From the NCBI GenBank assembly GCA_963826295.1, contig CAWGWO010000007.1:57887-121886 (forward strand): a stretch of 64,000 bases of DNA, given 5' to 3'. Below the pieces are notes generated by a model. It worked only from the letters and a program-made list of their open reading frames with translations, was not told where the DNA came from and searched no databases. Made by a program: the position numbers and the translations under genes. Source of the DNA: an uncultured Alphaproteobacteria bacterium (GTDB lineage Bacteria > Pseudomonadota > Alphaproteobacteria > Rhizobiales > Xanthobacteraceae). Positions 58,273 through 64,000 of the stretch are shown here, in pieces. Positions within the stretch are counted from its first letter, which is position 1; each line of letters begins with the position of its first letter.

Positions 58273-59646
58273 ATGCGCCTCGATCGCCGCCGCCTCTTTG
58301 CTGTGCTCGCCGGGAGCGGCGCCGTCGCCGGTGCGACTGGAGCCGGCGCGGCGCAAATCGCGCCGACGCGCGAATTCGGCGCGCGGGCCGAGATTGATGC
58401 TACCTCGCTCGGCCTGCGGCCGAACGCGGCCGAAGACCAAACACAAATTTTGCAGCGCGCGATCGACCGAGCCGCGGCCGGGCGCGCCGTGCTGAGCCTG
58501 CCGGGCGGCACCATCCGCGCCGGCGCCCTGCAACTGCCGCCCTATACGGCGATATCTGGCGTCGCCGGCGCGACACGCATCGTCATGGCAGGTGGGCCGT
58601 CGATGATGGCGGCCACCGGCAGCGACCGCATCGACATCCGCGGCCTCGTCCTCGACGGTGGCGGCATTCCGTTGCCGGATCGGCGCGGGCTTCTGCACTT
58701 CGCCCAAGCGCGCGGCTTGCGCATCGCCGATTGCAACATCGTCAATGCCGGCCGCAACGGTATCGTGCTCGAAGCGACCGAGGGCGAGGTGACCGGCAAC
58801 ACCATCAGCGCCGCCGACGCCGCGATTTTGTCGATCGATGCGAGCGGGCTCAAGATCGCCGGCAACACCGTCCGCGGCGCCGGCAACGGCGGCATCCTGG
58901 TCTGGCGAAATCAACGCGGGGACGACGGCACGCTGGTCGTCGACAACCGCATCGAAAGCATCATGAACAATGCCGGCGGCTCCGGCCAATACGGCAACGC
59001 CATCAATGTATTCTGCGCCGACAACGTCATCGTGCGCGGCAATCGGATCCGCAACGCCGCCTTTTCGGCGGTGCGCGGCAACGCCGCATCGAACCTGCAA
59101 ATCGTCGGCAACACCTGCACCGGCCTCGGCGAAGTCGCGCTCTATGCCGAATTCGGTTTTGAAGGCGCGCTCATCGCCAACAACATTGTCGACGGTGCCG
59201 CGATCGGCGTATCGGTTACCAACTTCAACCAGGGCGGCCGGCTCGCCGTGGTGCAAGGCAACCTGATCCGCAATCTGGTCGACAGGCGCCCGGCGGGAAC
59301 CGATCCGAATGACTCGGCGGGCATCGGCATCGGCGTCGAAGCCGATACCGCGGTAACCGGCAACGTCGTGGAAAATGCGGCGACCGCCGGAATTGCCGCC
59401 GGCTGGGGAACCTATCTGCGCGATGTCGCCATCACCTCGAACGTGATCCGCCGCGCCGGATTCGGCATCACCGTATCGGTCGCTCCGGGTGCGGGCGCGG
59501 CGGTGATTGCCGATAATCTGATTTCGGAAGTGCGCAGCGCGGCAATCGTCGGCATGGAATGGAAGAAGCCGGTCACCGGTGACCTCGCCAAAGACGGCGC
59601 CGCGCGCTACGCGCAATTGTCCATCGGCGGCAATCGGGTGCGCTGA
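58273..59646 (+). CDS. Tat-exported parallel beta-helix repeat protein (TIGR03808-like)
   Basis: MRLDRRRLFAVLAG twin-arginine signal. DQTQILQRAIDRAA and many G.N...GN.I beta-helix repeats. Confidence 0.65.
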   Translation: MRLDRRRLFAVLAGSGAVAGATGAGAAQIAPTREFGARAEIDATSLGLRPNAAEDQTQILQRAIDRAAAGRAVLSLPGGTIRAGALQLPPYTAISGVAGATRIVMAGGPSMMAATGSDRIDIRGLVLDGGGIPLPDRRGLLHFAQARGLRIADCNIVNAGRNGIVLEATEGEVTGNTISAADAAILSIDASGLKIAGNTVRGAGNGGILVWRNQRGDDGTLVVDNRIESIMNNAGGSGQYGNAINVFCADNVIVRGNRIRNAAFSAVRGNAASNLQIVGNTCTGLGEVALYAEFGFEGALIANNIVDGAAIGVSVTNFNQGGRLAVVQGNLIRNLVDRRPAGTDPNDSAGIGIGVEADTAVTGNVVENAATAGIAAGWGTYLRDVAITSNVIRRAGFGITVSVAPGAGAAVIADNLISEVRSAAIVGMEWKKPVTGDLAKDGAARYAQLSIGGNRVR

Positions 59647-59675
59647 GCCGAAACTGGCACGCGACACGATCCGCG

Positions 59676-60299
59676 TCATCGCGAAGCGATCGCGGCGGCG
59701 ACTCCTTCCAGGAGCGAATCCAATCTGTGTCTGAACGCGGCTTCGGCGGGATCGTCCTGATCGAACTGGCCGCCGAGGACCAGCATTGCAAATCCGTGGA
59801 CACTCGCCCAGGCAAGATCCGCGAGGGCCCGCTTCGCAGCGGGCGAGCCTTGCGGCATGACCCTCTCGACACCGTCGGTCAGCCGCAAATAGGCAGCCTT
59901 AGCCGCGGCCGCCAATCGTTCGTTTTGTTGCGGCTGAACATCGCCGTTGAACATCAGTTGGAACACCTCTTTGTTCGCCAGCGCAAAGCGGACATAGCCG
60001 TATCCGAGCGCCGCGAGCCGTTCCGCGGGATCGCGGTTGTCGGCGACTTCGGCTGGTGATGCGTCCATTGTCGCGGAAAGCTCGTCGAAGCCCCGAGCGG
60101 CGATCTCCGCAAGCAAGCCGCCCGCGGAACGAAAGTGGTGAGCCGGCGCCGCATGGGAAACCCTTGCCCGCCGAGCACATTCACGCAACGTAAAGCCACG
60201 CCGGCCACGCTGCTCGAGAAGGCTCCGCCCGGCGGCGATCAGCGCTTCCCGCAGCTGCCCGTGGTGATATTGACGGCGTTTTCGTTTCACGCCTGCCAC
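59676..60299 (-). CDS. TetR-family transcriptional regulator
   Basis: LREALIAAGRSLLEQRGRRGFTLRECARRARVSHAAPAHHF. Confidence 0.85.
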   Translation of the reverse strand: MAGVKRKRRQYHHGQLREALIAAGRSLLEQRGRRGFTLRECARRARVSHAAPAHHFRSAGGLLAEIAARGFDELSATMDASPAEVADNRDPAERLAALGYGYVRFALANKEVFQLMFNGDVQPQQNERLAAAAKAAYLRLTDGVERVMPQGSPAAKRALADLAWASVHGFAMLVLGGQFDQDDPAEAAFRHRLDSLLEGVAAAIASR

Positions 60300-60354
60300 G
60301 CTGAAAAGTCCTTGAGTTTCATGCCTTTTTCGGAAGCGGCGCTATTTTTCACAC

Positions 60355-60428
60355 AATCTTGACGATGACAAGATTGACGGTCGTCTCGCGTCGCGACTAT
60401 AGTTTCTCATCTTGACATCGACAAGATT
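60355..60428. promoter_or_regulatory. Two TetR-type operators bracketing a TTGACG-N17-CTATAGT promoter for the DUF2269 gene
   Basis: AATCTTGACGATGACAAGATT (60355..60375) and ATCTTGACATCGACAAGATT (60409..60428). The -35 is at 60374..60379 and the -10 at 60397..60403. Confidence 0.55.
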
Positions 60429-60577
60429 GAATACGCGTTACCGCCGGAAGGCTTCAATGCACCGCTTGCCGCACAGCTTCAGTGACGTCGTCGCTCGAAC
60501 GCAAAGCGTTGCGTTCGAACCAAGCAGCAGCCTCGATCCGCCGCGCGCGCAATCCGACAAATACGCAAGGTCTGGCC

Positions 60578-61042
60578 ATGTCATATGACGCATTCAAGGT
60601 CGTTCATCTGTTCGGTGTGATCGTATTCTTGGGCAACATCATCGTCACGGGGGTCTGGAAGGTGATGGCGGACCGCACCGACGATCCGCAAATCATCGCC
60701 TTTGCCCAGCGCCTCGTCACACTGACCGACTGGATATTCACCGCCGGCGGCGTTGCTTTGATATTGGTGGGCGCCTACGGCATGGCCTTAGTCGGCCATC
60801 TCGACCTGCGAGCTACGACCTGGCTGTTTTGGGGCCAGACGATCTTTGTGGCGTCAGGGGTGATTTGGATCGCCGTTCTGATCCCGACCCAAATTCTGCA
60901 AGCGCGCCAGGCGCGGGCCTTCGCAAGCGGAGGCAAAATTCCGGATAGCTATTGGCGGCACGGCCGGCGTTGGGCGATTTGGGGAGCGATCGCAACTGTC
61001 ATCCCCTTGGCAAATCTTTATTTCATGGTCTTCAAGCCATGA
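60578..61042 (+). CDS. DUF2269-family integral membrane protein
   Basis: [25 protein letters not shown] and 4 TM segments. The ATG at 60578 is internal to ORF 60482. Confidence 0.6.
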   Translation: MSYDAFKVVHLFGVIVFLGNIIVTGVWKVMADRTDDPQIIAFAQRLVTLTDWIFTAGGVALILVGAYGMALVGHLDLRATTWLFWGQTIFVASGVIWIAVLIPTQILQARQARAFASGGKIPDSYWRHGRRWAIWGAIATVIPLANLYFMVFKP

Positions 61043-61055
61043 AAGTCTCCGAGCC

Positions 61056-61322
61056 GTGATTTTCGCGGCGGTGCCTTCATCGGCGAGCACGGCTCCTGGA
61101 ATCGCCGTCCTTTCGCAAGTTATTAAAGTCACATGCGTTCCGTTTCCTGACGGAAAGCTATACGCCGAGCCGAAGGATTTTCTGACCGGATTTATGCCGT
61201 CGGACCGTCCCGGCATTGCGTACGGCCGCCCGGGCGTACCAGTGGACTTAAGCGGGGCATTGCTCGTCGCCGATGACGTCGGCAACACGATTTGGCGCGT
61301 CACCGTCGATCCGCCGCACTGA
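61056..61322 (+). pseudogene. 3' remnant of a PQQ-dependent sugar (sorbosone-type) dehydrogenase gene
   Basis: It encodes only the last beta-propeller blade: [26 protein letters not shown]. Full-length enzymes are about 400 aa. Confidence 0.5.
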
Positions 61323-61333
61323 TGGTCGTGTGT

Positions 61334-62332
61334 TTAGACCGCGCCGGTCACGTGCAAGGCGCCGACTTCGATGCCATTCCAGTTGCGCAAAATCGGCTGC
61401 GCGAAGCGCGCCAACGCCGCCCGCTCCCGATCGTCCAGAGAAAGGAAACGCCCGATAGAGGCCGCCATGATCGCTTCCGCGGCGCGCCCGGCGCCATCAT
61501 CGCATTTGATCGCGATGCCGAGTCCGAGCTCGGGAAGCGCGCCGCAAAACACTCCTTCAGCGCCGGTCTTTACCAGCACGCGCGAAGCAAATAGCTGCAT
61601 GATCTCGGTGCAGAAGCGGCCGGTACCGGCGACATACCAGGGCTTTTGCGCGCAGGCGGTCCGCAGCCGAGCGGCGGCCTGCCCGCGCAAATGCGCGAGG
61701 CCGCGACCGCTGCCGAATTTGGCGAAAGCATGCGCCAGGTTTTGCAGCGGCACCGCCCAGGTCGGCACCGAGCAGCCGTCGACCGCGCGGCGGCCGTGCG
61801 ACAAGACCGCGCCGGTCAAATCTTCCAGCACCGCGTGTATCTCGCGCTGCACCGGATGCTCAGGCCGCCAATAGCCGACGTGGTCGAGCGCCCTCGCCGA
61901 AGCGACGCACAGAAAGGCGGCATGCTTGCCGGAGCAATTATTATGCAGCGCCGACGGGCTGCCGGTTCGCGCCAGGGCGAAAGCCGCATCATGCGAGCTC
62001 GGCCAGTGTGTCCCGCAAGCCAACGCGGACACGTCCAGACCCGCTTTCGCCAACATCCGCGCCACGCCCGCGACGTGGGCCGGCTCGCCGCCATGTGAAG
62101 CGCAAGCGAGCGCGAGCTCTTCGTCGGTCAGTTCGTAACGGTCGGCGGCACCCAATTCCACGAGCGGTAGCGCCTGCAGCGGCTTGACCGCCGAACGCGG
62201 AAACACCGGCGCCACGACATCGCCGACGGCAAACACCGTGGCGCCATCGGCATCGACAACCGAAACGGCACCGCGATGGCGACTTTCTACCAGACCGCCG
62301 CGCAACACTTCGACAAGAACCGGATCGTCCAT
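61334..62332 (-). CDS. Asparaginase family protein (Asparaginase_II)
   Basis: VEVLRGGLVESRHRGAV...RSAVKPLQALP...ACASHGGE. The ATG at 62332 is chosen; the longer ORF to 62614 would overlap the upstream gene. Confidence 0.8.
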   Translation of the reverse strand: MDDPVLVEVLRGGLVESRHRGAVSVVDADGATVFAVGDVVAPVFPRSAVKPLQALPLVELGAADRYELTDEELALACASHGGEPAHVAGVARMLAKAGLDVSALACGTHWPSSHDAAFALARTGSPSALHNNCSGKHAAFLCVASARALDHVGYWRPEHPVQREIHAVLEDLTGAVLSHGRRAVDGCSVPTWAVPLQNLAHAFAKFGSGRGLAHLRGQAAARLRTACAQKPWYVAGTGRFCTEIMQLFASRVLVKTGAEGVFCGALPELGLGIAIKCDDGAGRAAEAIMAASIGRFLSLDDRERAALARFAQPILRNWNGIEVGALHVTGAV

Positions 62333-62334
62333 GA

Positions 62335-63444
62335 TCAGGCGCGCAATGCCGCCCCCGGCCAGAGCGCCGGGCCAGCGCGCAGATATTGCGGCGGGCGCGT
62401 AACGTCGCTGCCGAGCGTTTGTGCGGCATGCCACGCCCAATGCGGATCGTCGAGGAAAGCGCGCGCGAGCGCCACCATGTCCGCCTTGCCGGTGGCGACG
62501 ATCTCCTCGGCCTGCATCGCACCGGCGATCATCCCGACCACGCGCACCGGTATGCCAATCTCGCGCCGCACGCGCTCGGCAACCGGCACATTGAAACCGG
62601 GCTCGCTCGGCCATCGGCTGTCGGGCGTGATGACGCCCGACGAAATGTCGACGTAATCGAGCCCAGCCGCTTCCAGCGCCTTGGCCGTTGCCACGGCATC
62701 GTCAGGCGTCAGACCGCCGGCGAGATAGTCCGTCGCCGTGATGCGCGCGCCGAGCGGCGTGCCGCGCGGGACCACATCGCGCACCGCGCGGGCGACTTCG
62801 AGCGGAAAACGCAGGCGGCCGTCGAGCGAACCGCCCCAAGCGTCGTTGCGCACGTTCGAGAGCGGCGAGATGAAGCTGTGCATCAGATAGCCGTGGGCAA
62901 AGTGCAGCTCAACTGCGTCGAAGCCGATACGCACGGCGCGGTTTGCGGCCTCGACAAAGCCGGCGCGCACACGCGCCATATCTTCCTCCGTCATGGCACG
63001 CGGAGTGTGCCAGCCCGGGCCAAAGGCAATAGCGGAAGGAGCAATTGTCGGCCAGGGATCCTCCGACGGCGGCAGCGCCTTGGCTCCCTCCCAGGGCCGC
63101 TGTGCCGAAGCCTTGCGGCCGGCATGCGAAAGCTGGACGGCGAGCTTGGCGCTACCGATACGCCGGCAATGGGCGACGACCCGCGCCAGGCCGTCTTCAC
63201 AGGCGTCGGAATAGAGTCCGACACAACCGTGGGTGATCCGGCCGAAACGCTCTACATGGGTCAATTCGACGACCAACAAGCCGGCGCCGGAATTTGCCAG
63301 CATGCCGAGATGGGTCATGTGCCAGTCGTTAACGACACCGTCATCGGCGCTGTATTGGCACATCGGCGAAACGACGATGCGGTTTGCGAGATTGAGATTG
63401 CCGAGCCGGAACGGAGAAAACAGAGCACTCGTCATGACGATCAC
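62335..63444 (-). CDS. NADH:flavin oxidoreductase (Old Yellow Enzyme family)
   Basis: NRIVVSPMCQYSA, HAGRKAS, ELHFAHGYL. Confidence 0.9.
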   Translation of the reverse strand: MIVMTSALFSPFRLGNLNLANRIVVSPMCQYSADDGVVNDWHMTHLGMLANSGAGLLVVELTHVERFGRITHGCVGLYSDACEDGLARVVAHCRRIGSAKLAVQLSHAGRKASAQRPWEGAKALPPSEDPWPTIAPSAIAFGPGWHTPRAMTEEDMARVRAGFVEAANRAVRIGFDAVELHFAHGYLMHSFISPLSNVRNDAWGGSLDGRLRFPLEVARAVRDVVPRGTPLGARITATDYLAGGLTPDDAVATAKALEAAGLDYVDISSGVITPDSRWPSEPGFNVPVAERVRREIGIPVRVVGMIAGAMQAEEIVATGKADMVALARAFLDDPHWAWHAAQTLGSDVTRPPQYLRAGPALWPGAALRA

Positions 63445-63498
63445 ATCGTGAGGCGGGATGGATTTAGATAGGAAGCGGAAGCGGCGCCAAAAGGCGAT

Positions 63499-63717
63499 TT
63501 AAGCCGACGCGCCGCCATTTTCCAGGCCAGCCAATCTCGCCCACTCGTCACGGCTGGCGATGGCCTCGCGCAATGCCTCGAGAAATTCTTCCGGCGTGTA
63601 ATAGTGTCGCCAGCGCCCGGTTTCACGCAGCTCGACGATATGCGCCCGGCGACGCTCCGCCAATGCGAGCCATTTGCGCGACACGTCGTCGTACGGGCTG
63701 GGTTGCCGTGCCGGCAT
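63499..63717 (-). CDS. Small conserved hypothetical protein, possibly TIGR03809-like
   Basis: KWLALAERRRAHIVELRETGRWRHYYT motif. The family assignment is from memory and uncertain. Confidence 0.35.
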   Translation of the reverse strand: MPARQPSPYDDVSRKWLALAERRRAHIVELRETGRWRHYYTPEEFLEALREAIASRDEWARLAGLENGGASA

Positions 63718-64000
63718 GCAAAACCGGGAGCGCCCGTCCGGCGGGCTTTCGAGTTCAATGAACAATGCGTGCGCGCAAACCCACACGCTCGCACGGGCAC
63801 ACAATTCACATCGGAGCTACAATTAAGCGGGGACCAGAACTGACTTCGGCAACAAAACGACCGAACGCACCGCTAGCCTCAAACTCACGCGGAACCGGCG
63901 GCGAGGCAACAAAAATGCACCAAACGGCACGTTCGAGTTGTGCACTGTTTCGCCATGGATAATCTGATTCTGTTGATAAGTCTGTGGAAAAATGCGGTCA

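Noticed and set aside
58249-59679. 476-aa minus-strand ORF
   Set aside because: It is antisense to the Tat-signal beta-helix gene, whose repeat periodicity and RR signal support the plus strand.
62386-63471. 361-aa plus-strand ORF
   Set aside because: It is antisense to the OYE-family reductase, which has PMCQY, HAGRK and HGYL motifs.
63945-64000. DnaA-box-like words near the window end (minus-strand TTTTCCACA and TTATCCATG)
   Set aside because: There are only two imperfect boxes. There is no AT-rich unwinding element or flanking origin marker genes, and the region is cut by the window edge.

Overview
This is a 64-kb chromosomal segment from a high-GC alphaproteobacterium. Gene content and order resemble Hyphomicrobiales/Bradyrhizobiaceae-type genomes, but that placement is inference only.

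**Flagellar cluster (about 0-14.7 kb).** The cluster is Caulobacter-style: dksA (partial), fliX, flgI, a rod-binding FlgJ-like gene, a FlgN-like gene, flagellin, flaF, and flgL-flgK-flgE. It carries readable sigma54 promoters and dyad enhancer-like sites.

**Best candidate for an undescribed system.** A three-gene insert interrupts the cluster: a TPR + GT9-like glycosyltransferase, a Ser/Thr-rich protein, and a GT-A-like protein. The Ser/Thr-rich protein shares an approximately 95-aa module with both the hook protein FlgE and the flagellin. I read this as a flagellum-dedicated protein glycosylation or surface-decoration module with a possible extra secreted substrate.

**Remainder of the window.** It is mostly housekeeping or conserved genes:
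- MoxR ATPase, MipA, an FAD oxidoreductase, an M20 peptidase and a HerA-like ATPase
- folP-folB-folK
- methylmalonyl-CoA mutase mutA-mutB, with meaB about 25 kb away
- a patatin-like lipase and class II ribonucleotide reductase nrdJ
- speH-speE, GST, pirin, a MetE-like protein, pcp, asparaginase and an OYE-family reductase
- several TetR/ArsR-family regulators

**Accessory-looking pieces:**
- a lower-GC islet after nrdJ, holding a VapC toxin with an unusual two-domain antitoxin plus REP-like repeats
- three tandem paralogous small secreted two-Cys proteins
- two gene remnants
- a 0.9-kb non-coding gap upstream of nrdJ

I saw no rRNA, tRNA, CRISPR array, transposase or integrase. All family assignments come from reading the translations and remembering motifs; no database search was run.
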